Source: Candidatus Falkowbacteria bacterium
GTDB lineage: Bacteria; Patescibacteriota; Patescibacteriia; CAIXNZ01
Direction of reading: 5' to 3'
DNA length: 64,000 nucleotides
Assembly: GCA_963774955.1 (NCBI GenBank)
Contig: CAVZGV010000005.1
Coordinates: 30,495 to 94,494 of the forward strand
Positions 1 through 10,597 of the stretch are shown here, in pieces (positions within the stretch are counted from its first letter, which is position 1; every line of letters begins with the position of its first letter). Both the position numbers and the translations under genes were made by a program. The notes under the pieces were generated by a model. The model saw only the letters and a list, made by a program, of their open reading frames with translations, had not been told where the DNA came from and made no database searches.

Positions 1-20
1 TCGTCGTCACGTCCTCTCAT
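1..20 (-). CDS. 5' end of a gene running off the window (MRGRDD...), possibly SPFH/flotillin partner of the upstream YqiJ-like gene
   Basis: ATG at 20 preceded by AAGGAGGAG SD; product guessed only from the usual yqiJ-yqiK gene order. Confidence 0.4.
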
Positions 21-38
21 TTTCTCCTCCTTGATTTT

Positions 39-722
39 TCAGACTTGTTTTTCCATGGACGTTACTTCGAACGCCCCCTTGTCACGATCAAATGCCACCA
101 ATAAAACTCTGGTACCGCTGGGTATTTCTTCGTTAGCTCCGGTAAAAGCCGGGTATTGCTGCAAATTGTCAAAATTATCGCGGACTCTGACAGTTCCGTT
201 CTTGCTGTCAATGGAATAAAGAGCTTCGCCTATCTGATTGACCAAATCTTCCTCCACATTGCAATAGGTGGAAGTTTTGGGCATTACCTTGGACACGATC
301 CGGGAGACAAAGCCCGTGACTGTGAAGCTGATAATCAAAGCCGCAAACATAGACAGCGGCAGAAAAAGCAAAGGGGTGCGTAAAAGCGGATGCAGTAAAG
401 AATTGAGAGTAAAGCCTGAGAAGCCCCAGACAAAGCAGAGAGTCATCAGGACAATGGATATAGGCACATGGCCAATACCCAAAACCGAAGTTGCTCTCCA
501 GAAAATACTGTCCTCGCTAGCCGAAGATTCAGCATCATGATCATGGTCAGCGTCATGGTCGGCGTCAGTATCAAGGTCATGGTCAAGATCATGATCAAAA
601 TCATGATCACCATCACCTGACAAGCCGAGTGTCTGAATCAGCAGAAACAGCAGTCCCCCGCAAAACGGGATCACAAAGACCAGATTCCACCATTCGAATA
701 ATAGTTTCGTTTCCATGATCAT
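39..722 (-). CDS. YqiJ/NfeD-like membrane protein with C-terminal OB-fold
   Basis: N-terminal TM, His/Asp-rich linker, two further TMs, C-terminal 'LVNQIGEA...GTVRV...IPSGTRVLLV' NfeD-like domain; AGGAGG SD. Confidence 0.7.
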   Translation of the reverse strand: MIMETKLLFEWWNLVFVIPFCGGLLFLLIQTLGLSGDGDHDFDHDLDHDLDTDADHDADHDHDAESSASEDSIFWRATSVLGIGHVPISIVLMTLCFVWGFSGFTLNSLLHPLLRTPLLFLPLSMFAALIISFTVTGFVSRIVSKVMPKTSTYCNVEEDLVNQIGEALYSIDSKNGTVRVRDNFDNLQQYPAFTGANEEIPSGTRVLLVAFDRDKGAFEVTSMEKQV

Positions 723-728
723 ACCTCC

Positions 729-1121
729 TTAGCGATCATTCTTTTGAGTTGCCTGACTATCTTTATACCATCGATATCCGATTTCTATGGCCAGGAAAAT
801 GAATAAAGCAATGCAACCGCCCTGGAAACTGACATCGCTGGTAAAAAATAACAGCAAGCTTGCCAGAATCAGATAAAATACCCGTTCCGGGGTTTGACTG
901 AGACTCTTAATGAGCGGTTCAATTACCTGGCTGATTATCTTATAGCCCATAAAAACCAGGCCTAAAATAAACAGCATAAAAAGGAAAACTACTCCTATCT
1001 TGACCAATTGCTGATGTTCAGCCGAGACACCTTCCACCAGGAAGATGTTCATTAGCCGATTAGCCACTTCCAGCAGCCAATCGGTCAGTGACTTGAGTTG
1101 CTCAATTTTTTCTGCCCACAT
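729..1121 (-). CDS. hypothetical membrane protein
   Basis: 130 aa, 3 hydrophobic segments, AGGAGG SD, TTGACA/TAAGGT promoter at 1204-1231. Confidence 0.65.
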   Translation of the reverse strand: MWAEKIEQLKSLTDWLLEVANRLMNIFLVEGVSAEHQQLVKIGVVFLFMLFILGLVFMGYKIISQVIEPLIKSLSQTPERVFYLILASLLLFFTSDVSFQGGCIALFIFLAIEIGYRWYKDSQATQKNDR

Positions 1122-1282
1122 TTTTTTGCCTCCTTTTCTGTAATTTTAGCTAAAATATAATTGTCAAAAAAACTATAAAATCCCCCTTTCAGGGGAACTT
1201 ATTACCTTAACATATTTACATCTTTTGTCAAGTAATTAGCTAAAAAAACCCCGCACTTCGAGTGGAAGTACGGGGTAAAATT

Positions 1283-2095
1283 TTAATCGTTTAGATAATG
1301 AGTTTTCTGACAATGAGGACATTCAGTGGTCGACAAATCCTCATTGCAGTAAGGGCACTGCTCTAGCCCTGAGGGAATTTTTTCTCCGCAATCAGGACAA
1401 GGCTCAAACAGCAATTTTTCATTGCAGCCGGGACAGGTATCCTGATCGATAAAAATTTCTGACTGACCGCACTTGGGGCAGTCATAGTGGACCAGAAGCT
1501 GGTCACACTGGGGACATTTATACTCCCCTTGAAAATCATCCGGTTCAGGATCAGTATCAATATACTGGTTACAGCGGGGACAGATCCAGAGGTCTGCATC
1601 ACAATACGGACAGTTGTCTTCGTATTGACTGACGAAAATCTGCCGGCCGCAATTGTGGCATTTGCTCACAGTTAACGGCTCCTGACATTCAGAGCAGACT
1701 TCAGAATCAGCCCAGATGTCTTTGCCGCAGTGCGGACAGGTCATGTTCCAAAAGCTTTTTTTGCAAATGGGACACATGTCCGAGTCGTCAGCATCAGGAT
1801 CTTCGCCAATTTCCTGCTGACAGCGCGGGCAAGTCCAGGTCTGATCTTCTTTTGTCATCTCCGGAACCGAATCTGGTGGGACAGAAACTCCTAAAGCAGA
1901 ATACTTCAGCTGATTTTCATAGCCCCTTCTATCATGACATGATCGGGAACCATGATTTTCAGAGCTGTTGAAATAATCATGTAAATAGCTGGCTACCTTG
2001 AGATACAACAGCAAGCCTAAAATAGTTATTATCGCCAACAGCCAAATACGATTTGTCCCGGCAATACCCAGATAATCCATAATTTCATTCAACAT
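1283..2095 (-). CDS. membrane-anchored multi zinc-ribbon (double zinc ribbon repeat) protein
   Basis: N-terminal TM followed by 13 CxxC motifs; SD and TTGACG-17-TAAGAT promoter. Confidence 0.75.
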   Translation of the reverse strand: MLNEIMDYLGIAGTNRIWLLAIITILGLLLYLKVASYLHDYFNSSENHGSRSCHDRRGYENQLKYSALGVSVPPDSVPEMTKEDQTWTCPRCQQEIGEDPDADDSDMCPICKKSFWNMTCPHCGKDIWADSEVCSECQEPLTVSKCHNCGRQIFVSQYEDNCPYCDADLWICPRCNQYIDTDPEPDDFQGEYKCPQCDQLLVHYDCPKCGQSEIFIDQDTCPGCNEKLLFEPCPDCGEKIPSGLEQCPYCNEDLSTTECPHCQKTHYLND

Positions 2096-2339
2096 CTTCT
2101 GCCTCCTTGGTTATTGTTTGTCAGATCTTATCAGACTTTATATCTTAACATTATTGTCTCCAAACGTCAACATCTTGCACTAGTAGTCACTCCTTGGTCT
2201 TCAACAATATCACCTTTTGTAATTTATACAAATTATCAAATACCAAACTTTTTATCTTGCGTTGTAAACTGACCCGACCAAGAGTATACTTACAAATAAT
2301 AAAGATAATCGACTTATTTAATTATTAAATACAAAAATT

Positions 2340-2588
2340 ATGGGAATTATTCTTTGGATCATCTTCGGGGGCTTGGTCGGCTGGATCGCCTCTATGATTA
2401 TGAAGACCAATGCCCAGCAAGGCCTGATTCTAAATATTATTATCGGTATTGTTGGCGCGGTTATAGGCGGTTTGATTATGAACTTGCTTGGTTTTGGCGG
2501 TGTTGGCGGTTTTACTTTATACGGCTTTTTAGTAGCTTTACTTGGAGCCATAGTTCTTATCGCCATTGTCAGGGCCATACGACGATAA
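2340..2588 (+). CDS. GlsB/YeaQ/YmgE family (transglycosylase-associated) membrane protein
   Basis: 'IILWIIFGGLVGWIAS...NIIIGIVGAVIGG' signature. Confidence 0.9.
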   Translation: MGIILWIIFGGLVGWIASMIMKTNAQQGLILNIIIGIVGAVIGGLIMNLLGFGGVGGFTLYGFLVALLGAIVLIAIVRAIRR

Positions 2589-2611
2589 AAGTAAACAAAC
2601 CGGATAAAACA

Positions 2612-2647
2612 AAAAATCCTCTCCACATCGCGGAGGGGATTTTTTTA
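2612..2647. terminator. bidirectional intrinsic terminator
   Basis: AAAAATCCTCTCC...GGAGGGGATTTTTTT between convergent genes. Confidence 0.7.
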
Positions 2648-2668
2648 TCTCTGCAATTTTAATTTCAT

Positions 2669-2992
2669 TTATTTCTCAATATGGTTGGCAAGATGCGTCC
2701 ATGATTGCTGGGCTTCTTTGACCAGCTGTTTGGCCAGCTTGGCTGATATTTTTTTAGTCTTAGCATATTGCACTGCGGCTTTTTTCATAAATAGCTTATA
2801 TTCCTTTTCTCCCATTTTTTCAACCTTTTTTACCTTAGGCGAAATATCCTTATAAAAATCTGCCATGACATCTATAATATCATCTTTAACTATTTTCCCC
2901 TTCTTAAAACCCAAATAAACACTGGCGGCTACACCTAATGCGATCCCAATAACTGCTCCCTGCAAAAATTTAGTTGTATTACCTTTGGCCAT
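2669..2992 (-). CDS. YtxH-like small protein
   Basis: 'KFLQGAVIGIALGVAA' N-terminus then Lys-rich helices. Confidence 0.55.
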   Translation of the reverse strand: MAKGNTTKFLQGAVIGIALGVAASVYLGFKKGKIVKDDIIDVMADFYKDISPKVKKVEKMGEKEYKLFMKKAAVQYAKTKKISAKLAKQLVKEAQQSWTHLANHIEK

Positions 2993-3137
2993 AATTTTTT
3001 GTTATTAGTTAATTATAACCTGATTATAGCATATAACAACTACAACAAAAAATCCCTCACCGACTCACAGAAAGGGATTTTTATTTCAAATACTTCTTCC
3101 TAAGTTCTGAGTTATTAGTTTTGAGTTTTTAGTTTTT

Positions 3138-4796
<1,659 letters not shown>

Positions 4797-4911
4797 TTAA
4801 TAATAAATAAAAAGTGTAAAGTGAGCTATAAGAGCTAAATGGGGATAGGATAATATGGGAATATGGGAAATTTTTCACTTTTACCCTTTTCCCCTATAGC
4901 TCTTTTAGCTC

Positions 4912-5205
4912 TTATTCCCCTATAACTGCCAAGATATCCTCTTCCCTTATAATCAACAAGTCCTTTTCACCAGGCAGTTCATCCGGAGAATATTTTTTAA
5001 AAATAACTTTGTCACCGACTTTGACTGACATTGGCGCTCTTTGACCGTTTTCTAAAAGTTTGCCGGATCCGATGGCCACCACTTCGCCCTTTTCCGGTTT
5101 TTCCTTATCAACCGTATCAGGCAAAATAATACCGGCCTTGGAAACTTCCTGACCATTGATGGGTTTGATTAGGACGTGATCGTTTAGAGGTTTGTAGTTT
5201 GGCAT
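4912..5205 (-). CDS. groES: co-chaperonin GroES
   Basis: 'KPLNDHVLIK...GIILPDT...GEVVAIGSG' directly upstream of groEL. Confidence 0.95.
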   Translation of the reverse strand: MPNYKPLNDHVLIKPINGQEVSKAGIILPDTVDKEKPEKGEVVAIGSGKLLENGQRAPMSVKVGDKVIFKKYSPDELPGEKDLLIIREEDILAVIGE

Positions 5206-5321
5206 ATTTTTTATGATTTATACCCAACAATAGTGGGCTAATATTAGATTAAACAATCTTACAAAAATTTCTCAAATAAGTCAAGGAAAATATCCGACTG
5301 AAAGTAACGATTTTGGGGTCT

Positions 5322-5470
5322 CTTTAAGGCTAAGCCTTGAACGAACGGCAGACCCCCGGAATCCAAAGTCGTTCAGGAATCCAATTCCCAATTGGGAATT
5401 GGATTCCGAACCCCTGCAGTTGGATTCAATCATTTTCCCATTAGCCTTCACTTTAAGGCTTAGCCTTGAA
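5322..5470. repeat. REP-like palindrome cluster
   Basis: CTTTAAGGCT(A/T)AGCCTTGAA at 5322 and 5451 flanking a perfect 32-bp palindrome at 5376-5407. Confidence 0.7.
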
Positions 5471-5530
5471 TGACTAGCGCTTCTTCTAAAATAAAAAACG
5501 GCCCCTTTTTGAGACCGTTTTAATGTTATT

Positions 5531-6676
5531 TTATTTGCCTAAAAATCTTGCTAAACGACTCAAGCCCTCGGCCAATTCTCCCGGTGATGCCGCAAAGCTG
5601 AGCCTGACCCAGCCGGGATAGCCAAAGGCCATGCCCGGGACCAAGCCGAGTTTTTCCTGTTCCAGCAGCTCTTCACAAAACTTGAGACAGTCAACATTGT
5701 CGCCTGGGATTTTGAAAAAAAGATAGAAGGCACCCTGGGGCGGCAAGATCTCCAAGCCGGTTGCTTGGACAAACGGCAGTATAATCGTATTCAGCCGCTG
5801 TTCATAGGCTGCTTTCATCGTGGCCACTTCAGCCGCTGATTTGGCCAGAGCTGCCAAAGCAGCGTACTGGGAAATCGAGCTGGCACAGCTGGAAATCTGG
5901 GACTTGAATTTGGCCATGGCTGCAATCACTTCTTTAGGCCCAAGCGCATAACCCAGCCGATAGCCGGTCATGGCAAAAGCCTTGGAAGCGCCATCCAGAA
6001 TGATGGTTTTGTCCAGCATGCCCGGAAACTGAGCCATGCTGACATGCTTATTTTCGCCGTAAACGATCGGCGAATAAATCTCATCCGAAATCACCCAGAT
6101 ATTCTGGTCAGCCAGAATTTCCGCCATCGCGGCCATAACTTCAGGCGCAATCACAATGCCGGAAGGATTACTGGGTGAATTCAGGATAATTGCCTTGATC
6201 TTGGAATTAGCCAAAACCGCTGTAAGTTTGTCTAAATCCTTATAATCAAGAAAATGCGGCTTGCCGCCGACCAGTTTAACCATTTCAGGATAACTGGTCC
6301 AGTAAGGCTTGATGATCAGAACTTCATCTCCGGGATTTACTACCGCTGCCAGGGCCAAAAAAATCCCTTCTTTACCGCCATTGGTAGTCAAAATCTGAGT
6401 TAAAGGATCATAATCCAGACCGCGGCTTTCGTTGATTGACCCGGAAATCGCCTTCAGCAAAGGCGCTATGCCTTTGACCGGAGTGTACTTGGTTTTACCG
6501 GTTTTAGCTGCTTCGGCCGTGGCCTCAATGACCGCCTTAGGCGGTGGAAAATCCGGCTCCCCTGCCGCCAGGATAATTGTGTCCGGGAATTTGGCCTTCA
6601 TGTCTTTGGCTTTTTTATCAAAAGCCATGGTCACTGATTCCTGAATTTCGCTGACGCGTTTCGCTAGTTCCATCAT
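5531..6676 (-). CDS. class I/II PLP-dependent (aspartate/aromatic) aminotransferase
   Basis: GEPDF, NSPSNPSG, SDEIY, SKAFAMTGYRLG (PLP Lys), GAFY motifs. Confidence 0.9.
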   Translation of the reverse strand: MMELAKRVSEIQESVTMAFDKKAKDMKAKFPDTIILAAGEPDFPPPKAVIEATAEAAKTGKTKYTPVKGIAPLLKAISGSINESRGLDYDPLTQILTTNGGKEGIFLALAAVVNPGDEVLIIKPYWTSYPEMVKLVGGKPHFLDYKDLDKLTAVLANSKIKAIILNSPSNPSGIVIAPEVMAAMAEILADQNIWVISDEIYSPIVYGENKHVSMAQFPGMLDKTIILDGASKAFAMTGYRLGYALGPKEVIAAMAKFKSQISSCASSISQYAALAALAKSAAEVATMKAAYEQRLNTIILPFVQATGLEILPPQGAFYLFFKIPGDNVDCLKFCEELLEQEKLGLVPGMAFGYPGWVRLSFAASPGELAEGLSRLARFLGK

Positions 6677-7410
6677 ACCCCTCCTTGATTTACTTTTTTA
6701 TCGACTTTATCCAAACTTTCAATGAACCTTTGCCGCGTTTCCCTGGCATACGGATTGAAATTCTGCATGTCAAGAAAAAGTTGCCAAGAATCATTGGTCA
6801 CGGTTTCCATTACTCTTAACAAACGTTCAAAACCTAACGTGGTAATTTGTTGATCTTTAAAACCTACTTCCTCGAGTCCCCGACCGATAAAATGCACCAG
6901 GGATAAACTTTTAGCTGCCTGCTGGTCATGATCTTCGGGCGTGGTTTCAATTATCTTAACTTCCAGTTTATTTAAAATCTCTTTAACTTCAGCTAATCTG
7001 ACGGGACTAATTCTTAATGGACATAAAACCCACTGCAAATCCTTGGTTCCGTTTTTGGCGCTGTCCGGACCGAACATGGGATGAGTAGCCATAATTTCAT
7101 TGTCAGCGGAAATATTTTCCCGTAACCATTGACTGGGAAAAAATTTAACTGAACAGACATCCATGACCAAAGAGCCTTTTTTCAGCAATGGTGCGATTTC
7201 CTTTATCTTTTCATCGGTTGCAGATATTGCCACTGACACAAAAACCCAGTCACACTGACAAACCTCCTCAAGTGTCGCCCATTTCAAACCTAATTCTTTA
7301 GCCTCGGCTGATTTATCTGAACGATTACAAACCAGAACCTCGGCGTAAGGCTTAAGTATCTTGGCTAAAAGTTGTCCGAACCGGCTAAAGCCGATAATTC
7401 CGATGGTCAT
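6673..7410 (-). CDS. tyrA: prephenate/arogenate dehydrogenase
   Basis: Rossmann N-terminus, DVCSVK, THPMFGP, EDHDQQAA motifs. Confidence 0.85.
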   Translation of the reverse strand: MTIGIIGFSRFGQLLAKILKPYAEVLVCNRSDKSAEAKELGLKWATLEEVCQCDWVFVSVAISATDEKIKEIAPLLKKGSLVMDVCSVKFFPSQWLRENISADNEIMATHPMFGPDSAKNGTKDLQWVLCPLRISPVRLAEVKEILNKLEVKIIETTPEDHDQQAAKSLSLVHFIGRGLEEVGFKDQQITTLGFERLLRVMETVTNDSWQLFLDMQNFNPYARETRQRFIESLDKVDKKVNQGGV

Positions 7411-7479
7411 AAATATTATTTAACATCCAATAATCAATAATCAACATCCAAACAAATTCTAATTTCTAATAACCAATAA

Positions 7480-7854
7480 CTAATCTTTTTTAATTTCAGA
7501 TTTTTTATTGATTATTGCGGTGAAAATTTTTAATAATTCGGTTGCCTCTCCAATTAAAAACGCTTGTTCGCTTTGTGCCTTTTGTTCTTCACCGGGATCT
7601 GACAATTTCAACCACAATCTGCTTTCTTTCACTTCTTTTCTGCAAATACGAATCCTGAAAATAAAATCCTTATCGCTTATTGCTTCGTTAGCTTCTATAT
7701 AATTTGCCGCAGTTGAGCCTGAAGATCTAATAAGCTGCTTAGAATATTCAAGATTGGCCTGGGTTTTGGGTATCAACTTAGTATAATCCCTGCACCTCCT
7801 AGCAAATTCATAAGTCCTATCCTCTAAATCAAATTGGACATATTTTTCCCCCAT
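7480..7854 (-). CDS. four helix bundle protein (23S rRNA IVP-like)
   Basis: 'QLIRSSGSTAANYIEA...DFIFRIRICRKEVKESRLWL' signature; flanked by 7-nt period repeats. Confidence 0.9.
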   Translation of the reverse strand: MGEKYVQFDLEDRTYEFARRCRDYTKLIPKTQANLEYSKQLIRSSGSTAANYIEANEAISDKDFIFRIRICRKEVKESRLWLKLSDPGEEQKAQSEQAFLIGEATELLKIFTAIINKKSEIKKD

Positions 7855-7915
7855 AGATTTATTTATTATTTATTGATTATTAATTATTGTTTGATTATTG
7901 GTGATTGATTATTGG

Positions 7916-8489
7916 TTATTTAGCCTTTGTTACCGCTAAAAACGTCGTAAAATTAAACTTCAAATCCTGAATTCCTTCTTCCAAGTATTTCCATCCCATA
8001 CAACTTGGCCGCTCCTTTGGCCGCAATGGTCGCCGTATCAGGAGTTAATTTGCCTTCTGCTAAATCTTTAACTGCCTTGGCAGTATCTTCCCACTGGATA
8101 ATTTCCGCTTGGGGCCACATTCTCTTAATATACATTTTACATTGTTTTAAAGCCTGATCATGAGAAGCAATTTTTTTAATATCTTCTCTTTTAGTTCCCG
8201 GTTTAACAATCAAATTATGGCGAATATCAATTTCAAACAGATTTTCAATATTAAATAAATGTTTAGCCATGGCATAAACAGCTTCATAGACAATACCGCC
8301 ATTGGAATTTTCAATGGGAAAAACTCCCATATTGATTTCGCTCTTATCCAAAGCAGTCAGCACATTTTCCACGGAAATTAAGTACCTGAGTTCATAGTCG
8401 CTTAAAGCGTTTTTATAAACATAATATTCAGCTGCTTCCTCGGAAAAAGAGCCCTGGGCTCCGGAAACGCCGATGATGAGTTTAGGCAT
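7916..8489 (-). CDS. pheA: prephenate dehydratase domain protein without ACT domain (+1 frameshift near 7981)
   Basis: GSFSEEAA, PIENSNGG, SHDQALKQC, DTAKA motifs; other frame supplies the C-terminus EEGIQDLKFNFTTFLAVTKAK*. Confidence 0.8.
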
Positions 8490-8580
8490 AGATTTTGGAT
8501 TTTAGATTTTAGGTTTTGGATTATAGTTAAGTTAAATTTATACAATTTTAGCGTAAAAGTCAAAAACCCGTTTTGACAGT

Positions 8581-8637
8581 GTGAGCATAGTCGAACCATG
8601 TCAGGAGATGCGTCACCCTTCGACTAGCTCAGGGTGA
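8581..8637. repeat. inverted pair of REP-like elements
   Basis: GTGAGCATAGTCGAACC ... CCCTTCGACTAGCTCAGGG are mutually inverted copies. Confidence 0.55.
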
Positions 8638-8876
8638 AGGAAGAAATTAGGCCGCAGACGTCGGACTCTACGAAGTAGCGAATGAAACCGATATACGAAA
8701 ACGCATAATGACATTATTATATTCGTAAAAATTCGAATTTCGTAGATAACTTACAGCCTTTACAGCACTTCTACCCATAAAATACTAGCTAATAGTTAGC
8801 CACTCTCAGTTATTGACATTTTTATAAAAACATGCTATACTATTATATTAAGATTTGTAATAGCTTTAGCGCTATT

Positions 8877-8931
8877 TCCTCATCCCAGGACGGGATAATT
8901 TCAAGTAAGTTATTTTGTCCTGAGATGAGGA
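8877..8931 (+). repeat. leader hairpin A, copy 1
   Basis: 43 nt identical to 9405-9447; long stem with G-U pairs. Confidence 0.85.
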
Positions 8932-8968
8932 TGAGTTCATTTTAAAAAACAAACCAAGGAGAAATCCA

Positions 8969-9361
8969 ATGGCTGATAAAGCGATCGATAAAGTGATCAG
9001 GGCATACCAGGAACGGAACTGGACTTATTGCGTGCGACCGCTTGGCGATAATCCGCCGACTGAACAAGCAATCATTACCCCGTACGTCTCTGATTCCGAA
9101 GAAGCCAAATTCAGAGCCTTGTACGACGGCTTTTCCGGAAAGTTCATTTTCCAGGATCTTGAACTTCTCAGTGCTCAACTGGAACATCCGGAATTGGAGG
9201 TCTATGGCAATAATCCCGGGATCAAAGACATCTACTTACTTACCGAAGACTGGGAAGGCCACCAGAAAGACAAATTGGCCCTTGCCTTCTTCGTCAAAAC
9301 GGCCCAGGATAAGAAAGCCAATAACCACTCAATCAGCGTTCTCTGGCTGATCGAAGTCTAA
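8969..9361 (+). CDS. hypothetical protein
   Basis: 130 aa, AAGGAG SD, TTGACA-17-TATACT promoter near 8814-8842. Confidence 0.7.
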   Translation: MADKAIDKVIRAYQERNWTYCVRPLGDNPPTEQAIITPYVSDSEEAKFRALYDGFSGKFIFQDLELLSAQLEHPELEVYGNNPGIKDIYLLTEDWEGHQKDKLALAFFVKTAQDKKANNHSISVLWLIEV

Positions 9362-9400
9362 TTACAATTTACCCGCCCAAGCTTCTCGAAAGCACGGCGG

Positions 9401-9457
9401 GTCTTCATCCCAGGACGGGATAATTTCAAGTAAGTTATTTTGTCCTGGGACGAGGAC
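9401..9457 (+). repeat. leader hairpin A, copy 2
   Basis: direct repeat of 8877-8931, outer stem retained despite substitutions. Confidence 0.85.
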
Positions 9458-9556
9458 AATGTCCCTTAGACTTTACAGGCTTAGCTGGTCTGCCCAGCTA
9501 TTAAAACGGCTCTCTTAGGAGAGTTTACTACCCTATTTCATAGGAAAGGAAAAAAA

Positions 9557-9937
9557 ATGAAAAATTTCGGAAAGAACCTTCTCAAGGCTATCGGCATTTT
9601 CTTCACCGTCACTTTCTGTCTCTTCTTCGCTGGAGTAGCGGCACTTTCTGACATGGCCGTCCGGCTGGACCCAGCCTACAATGAAATGGAGCTTCTCCCA
9701 GGAGACGGGCTGGCAATCATTACCTTAGCTAGCCTTCAAGACTCTGATGGCGACGGCAGAAACGATCTGTGGGACTGCGCCCCCCAAGACCCGAATGTTT
9801 GGGAGGTCAAAACCTTGATCGAAAAGAAAAACGATTCCACACAGACACTGCATATATTATGGTCGTTTGATGGAGAAGCCTATGATGCGTATTTAACTCC
9901 ACCCACGGACATGTATCCGACCGAGGGGAAAAAATAA
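9557..9937 (+). CDS. hypothetical exported/membrane-anchored protein with DxDxDG Ca-binding-like motif
   Basis: N-terminal hydrophobic segment; 'DSDGDGRNDLWDCAPQDP' resembles a TSP3-like repeat; AAAGGA SD. Confidence 0.65.
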   Translation: MKNFGKNLLKAIGIFFTVTFCLFFAGVAALSDMAVRLDPAYNEMELLPGDGLAIITLASLQDSDGDGRNDLWDCAPQDPNVWEVKTLIEKKNDSTQTLHILWSFDGEAYDAYLTPPTDMYPTEGKK

Positions 9938-9944
9938 TTTCCTC

Positions 9945-9986
9945 AAACCCCGCCAAAAGCTTCTTGAAGGCTCGGCGGGTTTTTTT
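9945..9986 (+). terminator. intrinsic terminator, homologous to hairpin at 9371-9402
   Basis: CCCGCC...AGCTTCT.GAA.GC.CGGCGGG followed by a T-tract. Confidence 0.75.
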
Positions 9987-10011
9987 ATTTAATGCGAATT
10001 GGTCAGACTTA

Positions 10012-10047
10012 TTTTACGGATGGACACACTTCAGTGTGTTATGGCTC
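10012..10047. repeat. REP element (GGACACACTTCAGTGTGTT) at RAYT 3' end
   Basis: direct repeat of 10598-10633 with a palindromic core. Confidence 0.85.
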
Positions 10048-10589
10048 CCCTCATCACTTGGCGGTGTAAAATCTATCACCGGATACAAGTCAAATCTTTC
10101 ATATACTGTTTCCTCCCCATATTTTTCAATATGTTCATTAAAATCAGACCATTTGTAGTCTTTCATTTTAGAAACATAACCATGTTTAACCGGATTATGA
10201 TGATTGTAATTTACATGGGTCAAATAATTTCTTTCACTATCTAAAATGGTATCCCAATATTGCTCCCAAACTTTCCGTCCTTGGCAATTATCATATTTAT
10301 TTATTTTCCTTGAACTACTGCCATTAACTTGTTTTATAAATAAAGGCAATGCTTTGGCATTCTCAATATCTAAAACTAGCTGATAATGATTATCCAAAAT
10401 TACCCAAGAATCGCAAGTATAACCAAATTTATTTATAGCATTCATTAAACAATCATATAGTAACTGCTTTTTAAAATCATTATTGAAAAAATGAAGCCAG
10501 TCGTATGTCCTGACGGCGATAAAATACTTACTATTATCAAGCAAAACATGAGGGGGTCTATGTATATTTCTATGTTTAGGATATTCCAT
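10014..10589 (-). mobile_element. REP-associated tyrosine transposase (RAYT, IS200/Y1 HUH superfamily)
   Basis: 'YFIAVRT', 'WVILDNHYQL' (HUH variant), 'VWEQYWD', 'NYNHHNPVKHG...YKWS'; likely start MEYPK at 10589. Confidence 0.85.
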
Positions 10590-10597
10590 AAAAAATA

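Noticed and set aside
5206-5290. CIRCE element upstream of groES
   Set aside because: TTAGCCCAC...GGGTATAA does not fit TTAGCACTC-N9-GAGTGCTAA in sequence or spacing.
7480-7854. Diversity-generating retroelement (Avd-like gene)
   Set aside because: No reverse transcriptase and no TR/VR pair with A-specific mismatches seen in the window.
8877-9457. CRISPR array or integron attC array
   Set aside because: Only two copies about 525 bp apart, no cas or integrase in the window, and no RYYYAAC/GTTRRRY ends.
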